The notes beneath the pieces were generated by a model. The model did no database searches. It saw only the letters and a list, made by a program, of their open reading frames with translations, and was not told where the DNA came from. From positions 1-43,927 of the forward strand of contig JAHBUM010000003.1 of NCBI GenBank assembly GCA_019638075.1: a DNA stretch of 43,927 nt. The letters run 5' to 3'. The DNA is from Flavobacteriales bacterium (GTDB lineage: Bacteria > Bacteroidota > Bacteroidia > Flavobacteriales_F > PHOS-HE28). Shown here one piece after another: positions 28,105 through 40,557 of the stretch. A program made the translations under genes and the position numbers. How positions within the stretch are numbered: position 1 is the stretch's first letter; each line of letters starts with the position of its first letter.

Positions 28105-28407
28105 ATGCCCACCCCTACCCGCCCCGTCCTTGCCCGCCGCATCTTTTGGGATGTGGACTTCGACAAGCTGGACTACGACGGCAAGGCGGGCTTCATCATC
28201 GAGCGGGTGTTCGAGCGCGGCGATGTGGAGGATATCCGGCAGTGCAGGAGGTATTATGGCGATGAGAAGGTGATGGGCGCGCTGTTGAGCGCCAGATCCC
28301 TTAAGCTGGATACGCTTCACTTTGTCAGTGCCCTGTTCAAGAAACCTCTTGAAGCGTTCCGATGCTACGCATTGAGACAGTCGAACCCGGAACTCTTTCC
28401 GTACTGA
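28105..28407 (+). CDS. DUF6922-like antitoxin
   Basis: IFWDVDFDKLD...FIIERVFERG...YYG pattern; directly upstream of the AbiEii-type gene; TACCTTCG lies 4 nt before the ATG. Confidence 0.85.
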   Translation: MPTPTRPVLARRIFWDVDFDKLDYDGKAGFIIERVFERGDVEDIRQCRRYYGDEKVMGALLSARSLKLDTLHFVSALFKKPLEAFRCYALRQSNPELFPY

Positions 28408-28988
28408 AACGACTGATGCAGTTGCCCGAACTGAGCGCGTTCAGCTTGGTCGGTGGCACTGCGCTCTCGCTTCGGCATGGGCACCGCAGATCCGTGGATC
28501 TCGATCTGTTCACCACGGAGCCGTTCGATCGCGATGTGGTCATTGCTGCGCTTTCCACGGAGTTCGGTCCGGGTCTGGTGCTCACCCCGTCCAAGGCAGC
28601 ATGGGCCATTTTCGGCTTCATCGAGGAGGTGAAGGTGGACCTCGTGAAATTGCAGCATCCACGGATCGCGGATATCGTTACTGAAGAGGGTGTTCGCATG
28701 TACGCCGACGCCGACATCGCCGCAATGAAGGTGCAAGCCATCCTTGGGCGCGGGAAGAAGAAGGACTTCTGGGACATGAGCGAGTTGTTGCAGCATCATC
28801 CGTTGCAATGGGTGATGGACCGGCACCGGGAAAAATATCCGAACCAACAGCTCGCGATCAGCATCCCGAACGCCCTTCTCTACTTCGCCGATGCCGACAA
28901 AAGCGAGGATCCGGTGTGCCTGAAAGGCCGCACATGGCCGGAGGTGAAGGAGGTCGTTCGTGACGCGGTGGACCGCTACCTGCGTTGA
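28362..28988 (+). CDS. AbiEii/AbiGii-family nucleotidyltransferase toxin (type IV TA)
   Basis: LVGGTALSLRHGHRRSVDLDLF, IAAMKVQAI..RG.KKDFWD motifs. Confidence 0.92.
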   Translation: MLRIETVEPGTLSVLKRLMQLPELSAFSLVGGTALSLRHGHRRSVDLDLFTTEPFDRDVVIAALSTEFGPGLVLTPSKAAWAIFGFIEEVKVDLVKLQHPRIADIVTEEGVRMYADADIAAMKVQAILGRGKKKDFWDMSELLQHHPLQWVMDRHREKYPNQQLAISIPNALLYFADADKSEDPVCLKGRTWPEVKEVVRDAVDRYLR

Positions 28989-29079
28989 CGGCCGCTACTG
29001 GTCCACGGCACCCTTTCATCCCCCGACCACGTCCCCGTTCTGGCGCGGATCTTGCCTACCTCGGCAAACCCCCTGCGCC

Positions 29080-30177
29080 ATGAGAACGCCCCTCCCCTTC
29101 CTGAGCGCGCTCGTCCTTGCCACAGCCACGACCGCACAGTACAGCACTTTCCCGGACAGCACCGGCCTTCCCGGTGATGGCTTCAGCCTGAGCGGCGCAT
29201 TGGAGCTCTTCAAAAGCGCCAGGGATCTGCAAGCTTTCGAGCAGGCCCTGAACAGCGAGGACAACAAGGTGAACAACCTTGACCTCGACGGTGATGGGCA
29301 GGTGGATTACATCCGTGTGGTGGGCCACAGCAATGGCGGGGCACATGCGATCGTGATGCAGGTGGCGCTTTCCAAGGAAGAGCGGCAGGATGTGGCGGTG
29401 ATCGAGCTTGAGAAGAACGGAGCGGCCTCGGCCACGTTGCAGATCCGTGGTGCCGAAGAGCTCTACGGCGCGGATGTGCTGGTGGAGCCCGTGGCCGAAG
29501 TGGATGCGGGGATGGAGCCATCAAAAGGCCCAGCGCCACCCGAGCTGGTGCGCATGTACGTGTGGGTGAACGTGTGGGACTGGCCGTGCGTGGGCTACCT
29601 CTACGGCCCAAGCTACGTAGGCTGGGATTCCCCATGGTTCTGGAGCTATTATCCACCGTGGTGGCGGCCTTGGCGGCCCATGGGCATGCACGCATGGCAC
29701 CGCTGGTACCGCACATACCACGCGTGGTACCGGCCCACATACACCTGCCATGTGCCCCGCGCCCATGCCGTATACCGTCCGCAGGCCATGCACTCGCCGA
29801 ACATCCACCGGGCCACGGCGCCCATGCGCGAGCAACGCGCCACGATGCGCCCCGCACCAACGGGCCGCCGCGTAGCACCCACCCCACACCCGAACGACCG
29901 CACCATGGACCAGCGCCCACCCGATGTGCGTGGCAGGGACGGAGGCCGCGATGGCAAAGGAGGCCCCGTACCGCAGACCCGGCCCGAAAGGCGCCCGAGC
30001 CCACCACGCACCACACCGGCCGAGCCGCACCGTGGCGATGTGCGAAAGGCCCCCGCACCCCAGCAACCGCGCGAAACAAGGCCGCCCCAGCGACCAGCGC
30101 GCACGACACCGGCCCAGCCCGCGCCCAATTCGCCGACCCGCTCGCCAGCGCCCACCCGGTCGCCGAGGACACGTTGA
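29080..30177 (+). CDS. Secreted hypothetical protein (EF-hand-like loop, Trp/Tyr-rich block, Pro/Arg-rich tail)
   Basis: Signal peptide MRTPLPFLSALVLATATTA, DLDGDGQVDY loop, WFWSYYPPWWRPWRP block and low-complexity C-terminus. Confidence 0.8.
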   Translation: MRTPLPFLSALVLATATTAQYSTFPDSTGLPGDGFSLSGALELFKSARDLQAFEQALNSEDNKVNNLDLDGDGQVDYIRVVGHSNGGAHAIVMQVALSKEERQDVAVIELEKNGAASATLQIRGAEELYGADVLVEPVAEVDAGMEPSKGPAPPELVRMYVWVNVWDWPCVGYLYGPSYVGWDSPWFWSYYPPWWRPWRPMGMHAWHRWYRTYHAWYRPTYTCHVPRAHAVYRPQAMHSPNIHRATAPMREQRATMRPAPTGRRVAPTPHPNDRTMDQRPPDVRGRDGGRDGKGGPVPQTRPERRPSPPRTTPAEPHRGDVRKAPAPQQPRETRPPQRPARTTPAQPAPNSPTRSPAPTRSPRTR

Positions 30178-30245
30178 GGGAGGGATGCCCGACCCAGCCC
30201 GGCAGTCCATAGCCCGGCTATCTTCGCGGCCTTTAGAAAGCCGTG

Positions 30246-33632
<3,387 letters not shown>

Positions 33633-33680
33633 CGCGGTTTTGCGCTATATTCGCGGACATTTTTCAAACCCGGGACAGCC

Positions 33681-34673
33681 ATGGCCAAGAAACCAGCGAA
33701 AAAGGCAGCGAAGCCAGTGAAGAAGGCAGCGCCTAAAACGTCTTCGTCCCGCACCGGCGGGAAGGTCTCGAAGCCCGCCGCCAAACCGGCAGCGAAAAAA
33801 GCGGCATCTAAGAAGCCCGCTGCCAAGGCTCCGGTGAAGAAGGTGTCTTCTTCCCGCACCAGCGGAAAGCCTGCCGCCAAACCCGCACCGGCTAAAAAAG
33901 TGGTGGCGAAAAAGGCTCCGATCAAACCGGCACCCAAGCCCGCCGTTTCGGCGGGCGGAAGTAAGAAGGTCGCCCCCGCCAAACCGGCTCCGAAGCCCGC
34001 AGCCTCCAAAGCTGCACCGGCCAAGGCGGCACCGAAACCTGTCGTGAAAGCGGCTGCACCGGCCAAACCCGCGCCGAAGAAGCCCGAGACCAAAGCTGTA
34101 CCCACTCCCAAGAGCGTGAAACCGGCACCCGCACCGGAAAAACCCGTGAAGAAGGAAACGAAGAAGGAGGAGAAGGCCGCCCAGAAGGAGGCGAAAGCCG
34201 CTGCATCAAGCAAGCCGTTGGTGACCCAAGTGGTGGCCCCCAACCGCCCCATGGCCGCACCGGTGGTGAAGAAGCAGACATCCACGTTGCTGAGCGCCGA
34301 CAAGGCCCGCTACAGCGACGAGGAGCTTGCCGAATTCCGTGAGCTGATCAACAAGAAGCTGGACGAGGCCCGCAAGGACTACGACCTGCTGAAGCAGACG
34401 CTGGCGAACACCGACAACAACGGCACGGACGATACCAGCCCCTCGTTCAAGATGATCGAGGACGGCAGCGAAACGCTGAGCCGCGAGGAGACCGCGCAGC
34501 TCGCGGGCCGTCAGGAGAAGTTCATCAAGCACCTGGAGGACGCGCTGCTGCGGATCCGCAACAAGACCTACGGCATCTGCCGCGTCACCGGCCGCCTGAT
34601 CAGCAAGGAGCGCCTGCGTTTGGTGCCACATGCCACATTGAGCATCGAGGCCAAGCAGCAGATGGGCAACTGA
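33681..34673 (+). CDS. TraR/DksA-family regulator with a ~205-aa Lys/Ala/Pro-rich N-terminal extension
   Basis: C-terminal RYSDEELAEFRELI...YGICRVTGRLISKERLRLVPHATLSIEAK; sits between ileS and lspA; TATATTCG upstream of the ATG. Confidence 0.9.
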   Translation: MAKKPAKKAAKPVKKAAPKTSSSRTGGKVSKPAAKPAAKKAASKKPAAKAPVKKVSSSRTSGKPAAKPAPAKKVVAKKAPIKPAPKPAVSAGGSKKVAPAKPAPKPAASKAAPAKAAPKPVVKAAAPAKPAPKKPETKAVPTPKSVKPAPAPEKPVKKETKKEEKAAQKEAKAAASSKPLVTQVVAPNRPMAAPVVKKQTSTLLSADKARYSDEELAEFRELINKKLDEARKDYDLLKQTLANTDNNGTDDTSPSFKMIEDGSETLSREETAQLAGRQEKFIKHLEDALLRIRNKTYGICRVTGRLISKERLRLVPHATLSIEAKQQMGN

Positions 34674-34737
34674 CCTGAGCGATCCACGGAAGCCGGAACG
34701 GATGCTGTAGACCGCAGCGTTCCATGCCGAACCACGC

Positions 34738-35355
34738 ATGAAGAAAGCCATCCTCATCATCCTGCTCGTGCTGCTGGCCGATCAGGCGCTGAAGGTGTGG
34801 GTGAAGCTGAACTTCTTCTACGACAGTTCGATCCCCATCCTCGGCGACAAGGGCTACCTGCACTTCATCGAGAACCGGGGCATGGCCTTCGGCATGGAGT
34901 TCGGCGGCACATGGGGCAAATTGTTCCTCACGCTGTTCCGCATCGCAGCGGTGGCGGCCATCGGATACAGCCTGTTCCGCTTGATCCAGCGAGGGGCCGG
35001 CAGCCGCATGGTCATCAGCATATCCCTGATCCTCGCCGGGGCCTTGGGCAACATCATCGACAGCACGCTCTACGGTGTGATCTTCAGCGCAAGCACGCCG
35101 TTCCAGAAAGCGGTGCTGTTCCCACCCGATGGCGGCTATGCGCCGCTGCTGCACGGTGCCGTGGTGGACATGTTCTACTTCCCATTGATCGAGGGACGCC
35201 TGCCCGGGTGGCTGCCGTTCTGGGGAGGCGAGCACTTCGTGTTCTTCCGGCCGGTGTTCAACATCGCGGATGCGGCGATCACGGTGGGGATCGCGTTGTT
35301 CATCCTTGCGCAACGGCGGCAGGCCCACGAGGTCGTGGCGCCTGCGGTGGATTGA
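34738..35355 (+). CDS. lspA: Lipoprotein signal peptidase II
   Basis: DQALK, ENRGMAFG, GALGNIID, VVDMF and FNIADAAI. Confidence 0.96.
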   Translation: MKKAILIILLVLLADQALKVWVKLNFFYDSSIPILGDKGYLHFIENRGMAFGMEFGGTWGKLFLTLFRIAAVAAIGYSLFRLIQRGAGSRMVISISLILAGALGNIIDSTLYGVIFSASTPFQKAVLFPPDGGYAPLLHGAVVDMFYFPLIEGRLPGWLPFWGGEHFVFFRPVFNIADAAITVGIALFILAQRRQAHEVVAPAVD

Positions 35356-35407
35356 TGCGGGGGCGTTGATGGTATCCGCTTGGGGATCTCTTCGGGCATG
35401 CTATGCG

Positions 35408-35701
35408 GGGGCAGTTGTCAGGTCGCAGTTGTCGGTTGTCAGTCTCCTTGGTGGCAATAAATACAAATGCGCTGCGGACTTTCTCTCCGCGCCCTCTGCC
35501 CTTCTGCGGTTAAAGTTCCGTCCGCCTTTGGCGGACTTTTTCGTTTACCGCGAGAGGGGCAGAAGACGCGGAGAATGCAAATGCGCAAGCGGTTGGCAGC
35601 CTCTCTTTTGTTGCGAAAAAGGTCTGATGACATAGCGGGCAACGTGCCCACATATCAGACCCCATCACTGACAACTGCGACCCGACAACGGACAACTGCC
35701 C
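35408..35701. repeat. Nested palindromic element between convergent genes
   Basis: 7-bp-unit arms at 35408-35443 / 35667-35701, ~9-bp-unit arms at 35484-35514 / 35544-35574, core GTCCGCC-TTT-GGCGGAC at 35520-35536, side hairpin at 35621-35661. Confidence 0.85.
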
Positions 35702-35703
35702 AT

Positions 35704-36600
35704 TCACCTCGCCAGATCCACGCGCAGGCCGAACAGGTGGCCCCATGCGGTGCGCGGTCCCGGCTGTACTTCGGGCACACCGCCCAGCGAGAGCGACGGG
35801 CGCATTTCGTAGCACAGGTTCAGCGCACGCCAGAACGCATTGCGCCTGCCCAGCCGGTAGCTCACGCCCAGCGGCGTATACAGGACGATCACGAGGTCGT
35901 CCTTGGTCCGGATCTCCTCTTCCTGATACGGGTCGATCCCGAAGCCTCCACTGTACGAACCCGAGCCATAAGACTGGCTGACATAGCGGTCCTCGTGGTA
36001 CTCCACGCGCCCGACGCCGCCGAACGCAGCCCCGACAGCGGCCCCGGCACCACCGTACAGCGCCCACCGACGCGGGAACTCCTTCAGGAAGATCACCGAG
36101 GCATCCAGCATCAGTTGCTGGTAGCTATGCGAGATGTCGTAACGGCTGGAGAACACGGAATCGACCAGCGTGATGTTGCCGGTCTGCGATGAGGTGAGCG
36201 TGTCATAAGGAACGCGATCGTACCGCGACAGGGACATGCTGGACCCGCTGTGGGCCTGATAGGAGAAGCCCGCACGCAGGTAGGCACCCGATCTTTTCTC
36301 CCGTGCCGAGCCACCGAGCCTGAGCGTTGCGTGGGCCGAGAACAACCCCGCCTTCGCCAAGTCCCGGAAGAGGCCCCGCCCCCGCGTATACCCGCTCAGG
36401 TCGTTCTTGAGCAGTTCCGATGTGGGCAGCAGGCTCCGCCATTGGAGCAGCCCCATCGCATAGTCGCGTTCCACTTGGAAGCCGCCCAGCACGAACACAT
36501 CGCTGACCAAGGGAATGGCGACGCTGTCGGGAACGTATTGGGCGTTGGATACGCCGCAGAGCATGCATGCAGCGAACAGGGCGATGGCTTTCGTTCTCAT
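35704..36600 (-). CDS. Hypothetical exported protein, possibly an outer-membrane beta-barrel
   Basis: Signal peptide ending SNA-Q; amphipathic beta-like strands (YLRAGFSY, LYGGAGAAVG, PLGVSYRL, FGLRVDL). Confidence 0.7.
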   Translation of the reverse strand: MRTKAIALFAACMLCGVSNAQYVPDSVAIPLVSDVFVLGGFQVERDYAMGLLQWRSLLPTSELLKNDLSGYTRGRGLFRDLAKAGLFSAHATLRLGGSAREKRSGAYLRAGFSYQAHSGSSMSLSRYDRVPYDTLTSSQTGNITLVDSVFSSRYDISHSYQQLMLDASVIFLKEFPRRWALYGGAGAAVGAAFGGVGRVEYHEDRYVSQSYGSGSYSGGFGIDPYQEEEIRTKDDLVIVLYTPLGVSYRLGRRNAFWRALNLCYEMRPSLSLGGVPEVQPGPRTAWGHLFGLRVDLAR

Positions 36601-36637
36601 GGGGGCGATGGGTGATCGGGCATTGTTGCAGAGCGAC

Positions 36638-37642
36638 CTATCGCAGCACGGCGCGGGCGATCAAGCCCTTCCGCACAAGGGTTTCCGCGATCTGCACCGC
36701 GTTCGTCGCCGCGCCCTTGCGCAGGTTGTCGGCCACGATCCACAGGTTCAGTGTGCGCGGCTGGGTCTCATCGCGGCGCAGGCGGCCCACGAACACTTCA
36801 TCACGCCCGTTGGCGATCAGCGGCATGGGGTATTCGTCGTTCGCGGGATCATCGAGCAACGTGATGCCCGGCGCGTTGCGCAACAACTCGCGCACGGCAT
36901 CCAATTCGAACTCATTGGCGAACTCCACGTTCACGGCTTCGCTGTGGCCGCCCGTGACGGGAACGCGCACCGCCGTGGCCGTTACACGGATCGCCGGATC
37001 GAGGATCTTCTTCGTTTCGTGTACGAGCTTCATTTCCTCCTTCGTGTAGCCGTTGTCGGTGAACACGTCGCAGCGCGGGATCACGTTGCGGTGGATGGGG
37101 AAGGGATAGGCCTTCTCGCCCGCCACGCCCTGCTGCTCGTCATCGAGCTGGCGCATGGCCTTCATGCCGGTGCCCGTCACGCTCTGGTAGGTGCTTACGA
37201 TCACACGCTCCACGCCGAACGCCTTGTGCAACGGGGCCAATGCGAGCACCATCTGGATCGTACTACAGTTGGGGTTGGCGATGATCCTGTCATCGGCCGT
37301 GAGCACGTCGCCGTTGATCTCGGGCACCACCAGCTTCTTGTCGGCGTGCATGCGCCATGCACTGCTGTTGTCGATCACCGTGCAACCCACCTCGGCGAAG
37401 CGCGGTGCCCAGTCCAACGAGGTGCCGCCACCGGCGGAGAACAATGCGATGTCCGGGTGCCGGGCGATGGCTTCCTCCATGCCGATCACGGTCCATTCCT
37501 TCCCCCGGAACCGGACCGTGCCGCCCACGCTCTTCGCGCTGGCTACTGGCAGCAGTTCATCCACGGGGAACCCGCGCTCTTCGAGCACCTTCAGCATCAC
37601 GCCACCGACCATGCCGGTGGCTCCTACGACAGCGACTTTCAT
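36638..37642 (-). CDS. asd: Aspartate-semialdehyde dehydrogenase
   Basis: MKVAVVGATGMVG, IDNSSAWRM, IANPNCST, TYQSVTG and DNLRKGAATNAVQI. Confidence 0.97.
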   Translation of the reverse strand: MKVAVVGATGMVGGVMLKVLEERGFPVDELLPVASAKSVGGTVRFRGKEWTVIGMEEAIARHPDIALFSAGGGTSLDWAPRFAEVGCTVIDNSSAWRMHADKKLVVPEINGDVLTADDRIIANPNCSTIQMVLALAPLHKAFGVERVIVSTYQSVTGTGMKAMRQLDDEQQGVAGEKAYPFPIHRNVIPRCDVFTDNGYTKEEMKLVHETKKILDPAIRVTATAVRVPVTGGHSEAVNVEFANEFELDAVRELLRNAPGITLLDDPANDEYPMPLIANGRDEVFVGRLRRDETQPRTLNLWIVADNLRKGAATNAVQIAETLVRKGLIARAVLR

Positions 37643-37668
37643 GTATGGGAGATCGGACTGGGGGTCAT

Positions 37669-37768
37669 GTGCGAGATGAAGAGGGTGAGAGCGTGCGAAG
37701 GTGCGAGGGACTGGACTCACTCTCGCTCTCTATTACTCTCGCAGCTTTTAACCCTTGCATTTTCACAC
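37669..37768. repeat. Degenerate octamer-unit inverted repeat in the divergent asd / LTD-protein region
   Basis: GTGCGAGA TGAAGAGG GTGAGAGC GTGCGAAG GTGCGAGG followed by complementary CTCACTCT CGCTCTCT ATTACTCT CGCA... units. Confidence 0.55.
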
Positions 37769-37832
37769 GGTATTCAACCTGTAACGGCGCACGAAAATAC
37801 TACCTTGCCTCCTGTTCAACCCACCCAGCCGC

Positions 37833-40436
37833 ATGCGCCTCCGATACTTGCTTGCCGCGTTCATCCTTTGTGCCGGGTCCACCGCGCAGGCCCAGTTCGT
37901 GGACGACTTCAGCGATGGCGATCTCACCGCGAACCCGGCGTGGAGCGGCGATGACGCGGTGTTCATCATCAACGCGGCGCAGCAGCTGCAGTTGAACAAC
38001 ACCGTGGCGGGCACCAGCCAGTTGCGCAGCGCCAACGCCATGGGCACGCTGAACGACATGGAATGGCGGGTGCGGGTGAAGCAGACCTTCAGCGGCAGCG
38101 GCAGCAACTTCGGGCGCGTGTACCTCGTGAGCGACCAGGCCGACCTCACCGGTCCGCTCAATGGCTACTACCTGCAATTCGGCGAGGCGGGCAGCAACGA
38201 TGCGATCGAACTGTTCGCGCAGACCGGAAGCGTGAGCACATCGGTATGCCGTGGCGCGGAGGCGCAGATCGCGAACTCGTTCGATGTGGGCGTGCAGGTG
38301 AAGCGTGATGTGGCGGGCAGTTGGCAACTGTTCGTGGATGTCACCGGCGGAACGAACTACGCGCTTCAGGCCAGCGGCACGAACGCCACACATAACACCA
38401 GCGCCTTCATCGGGGTGCGCTGCACCTACACGGCGAGCAACGCCAACAAGTTCTTCTACGACGACTTCTACGCCGGGCCGGTGATCGTGGACAACACGCC
38501 GCCCACCATCCTGAGCGCCAGTGCAGCGGGAGCAGCGGATGTGACCGTACTGTTCAGCGAACCCGTGGAAGAGATGAGCGCGGAGACCGTCGGCAACTAC
38601 GGCCTCTCGTCAGGAATTGCCATCAGCAGCGCCATCCGCAATGGCATCGATGCCTCCATCGTACACCTCTCGCTCGCTCTTCCGCTGACCAACGGCACGG
38701 AATATACCGTTACCGCCAACGGTGTGGAGGACCTGGCCGGGAACGCGAGCAGCGGTACCAGCGCGACGTTCACCTATGTGGTGCCCGAAGTGCCACAGCC
38801 CGGCGACGTGGTCATCAACGAGATCATGGCCGATCCATCGCCGGTGGTGCAACTGCCCGAGGCCGAGTTCCTCGAACTCTTCAACGCCACCACGGACAAG
38901 TTCCTCGATCTCGCGGGCTGGCAATTGAGCACCGCGAGCACGCAGGCCACATTGCCCGCCGTTGTGCTGGGTCCGGGCGAATACGTGGTGCTCGTGAACA
39001 ACGGGCAACTGGCCAACTTCGCCGGGCTGCCCAACGTGATGGGCTGGAGCCTGAGCAACACCGCGCTGCTCAACGGCGGCACCACGCTCACGCTCTCCGC
39101 CCCCGGAAGCGTGGTGATCGATCAGGTGACCTACTCCAGCACCTGGTACGGCGATGATGTGAAGGACGACGGCGGCTGGACCCTGGAGCGCATCAACCCC
39201 TTCGCGCCGTGCAGCGATGCAAGCAACTGGACAGCGAGCAACGACGAGCGCGGCGGCACACCCGGCGCGCAGAACTCGGTGTTCGACGATACGCCCGATA
39301 CCGATGCGCCGGTGATGCAGGCCGTGCAAGTGGTGTCGGCCACGGAGATCGTGCTGGTGTTCAACGAAGGACTTGATGTGGCGGGTGTGACCAGCGCGGA
39401 GATCACCATCGCACCTGTGCTGGACATTGCCTCCATCGTGCCAGCGGGGGCGGCCTTCGACCGTATCCGGCTGCTGCTGGATACGCCGATGCAGGAGGGT
39501 GTGGTGCATACGATCACCGTGGAAGGCGTGGCCGATTGCAGCGGCAACTTGATCGAGCCGTCCACCGGTTCCTTCGCGCTGCCCGAGGCGATCGCGCCAC
39601 TGGACATCGTGATCAACGAAGTGCTGTACGACCCCATCGGCAATGGCAGCGACTTCGTGGAACTGTACAACCGCAGCGCGAAGGTGCTCAGCCTTGGCGG
39701 GCTTCAGCTGGCGAACGAGAGCAACGGCGTGATCGGCAATTTCCGCGTGATCACCGCCGATCCCGTGATCCTGATGCCCGGTGCATACATCCTGCTGGCC
39801 ACGAACACCACCGACATCGCCACGCGCTATCCGCAGAGCCATACCGACCGCTTCCTGCAGATGAGTTTGCCGGGCTACAACAACGGCTCGGGCACGGTGG
39901 TGCTGGCCGATGCCGCGAACAACACGCTGGACCTGTTCCGTTACAACGACGACCTGCACTTCACCCTGCTGAACAAGACCGAAGGCACCAGCTTGGAGCG
40001 CGTGGACCCGGACCGCCCCACCGACGACAACACCAACTGGCACAGCGCCGCGCAGGACATCGGCAAGGCCACGCCCGGCTTCCAGAACTCGCAGTACGCA
40101 CCCGCACCCGAGGCACGCGGCGAAATGACGATCGACCCCGCGATCTTCAGTCCCGACAACGACGGCCATCAGGATCTGCTGACGATCGCCTACCGCTTCG
40201 ACCAGCCCGGTTTCGTGGCCACATTGAAGCTATACGACGTGGCGGGCCGCGAAGTGCGCACGCTGTGGAACAACGAGCTATTGGGCACTACGGGCGCCGT
40301 GTCGTGGGATGGCATCATGGACAGCGGCAGCAAGGCGCGCATGGGGCCGTACATCGTGCTGATGGAAGCCTACGACCTGAGCGGCAACGTGGAGAAGTAC
40401 CGCAAGACGGTGACGCTGGCGCATCGATTGGATTGA
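37833..40436 (+). CDS. Secreted lamin-tail-domain / Ig-like protein with a T9SS type B-like C-terminal domain
   Basis: Signal peptide, two VINE(I/V) LTD repeats with LER and TPG..NS motifs, DNTPP / DTDAP Ig-like starts, and FSPDNDG...WDG C-terminus. Confidence 0.85.
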   Translation: MRLRYLLAAFILCAGSTAQAQFVDDFSDGDLTANPAWSGDDAVFIINAAQQLQLNNTVAGTSQLRSANAMGTLNDMEWRVRVKQTFSGSGSNFGRVYLVSDQADLTGPLNGYYLQFGEAGSNDAIELFAQTGSVSTSVCRGAEAQIANSFDVGVQVKRDVAGSWQLFVDVTGGTNYALQASGTNATHNTSAFIGVRCTYTASNANKFFYDDFYAGPVIVDNTPPTILSASAAGAADVTVLFSEPVEEMSAETVGNYGLSSGIAISSAIRNGIDASIVHLSLALPLTNGTEYTVTANGVEDLAGNASSGTSATFTYVVPEVPQPGDVVINEIMADPSPVVQLPEAEFLELFNATTDKFLDLAGWQLSTASTQATLPAVVLGPGEYVVLVNNGQLANFAGLPNVMGWSLSNTALLNGGTTLTLSAPGSVVIDQVTYSSTWYGDDVKDDGGWTLERINPFAPCSDASNWTASNDERGGTPGAQNSVFDDTPDTDAPVMQAVQVVSATEIVLVFNEGLDVAGVTSAEITIAPVLDIASIVPAGAAFDRIRLLLDTPMQEGVVHTITVEGVADCSGNLIEPSTGSFALPEAIAPLDIVINEVLYDPIGNGSDFVELYNRSAKVLSLGGLQLANESNGVIGNFRVITADPVILMPGAYILLATNTTDIATRYPQSHTDRFLQMSLPGYNNGSGTVVLADAANNTLDLFRYNDDLHFTLLNKTEGTSLERVDPDRPTDDNTNWHSAAQDIGKATPGFQNSQYAPAPEARGEMTIDPAIFSPDNDGHQDLLTIAYRFDQPGFVATLKLYDVAGREVRTLWNNELLGTTGAVSWDGIMDSGSKARMGPYIVLMEAYDLSGNVEKYRKTVTLAHRLD

Positions 40437-40557
40437 GGGGGGCGTCAGTTGTTAGTTGTCAGACTGCCGCGCATGGCCGACTTCCGGCACGTGCGTCGGC
40501 TTGTACGTCCGGCGATACGCGGCTTGGCACACGCGTGGTGGTCCACTGACCGCCCCC
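40437..40557. repeat. Hairpin spanning the convergent gap, with short heptamer units
   Basis: GGGGGCGTCAGT ... ACTGACCGCCCCC terminal arms; TCAGTTG TTAGTTG TCAG units on the left. Confidence 0.55.

Noticed and set aside
30178-30245. Possible T-box riboswitch before ileS
   Set aside because: The region is under 70 nt, has no T-box motif, and contains a promoter-like element close to the start.
35408-35701. Autonomous IS element or tRNA
   Set aside because: There is no transposase ORF and no cloverleaf with a T-loop; it is kept only as a non-coding palindromic element.
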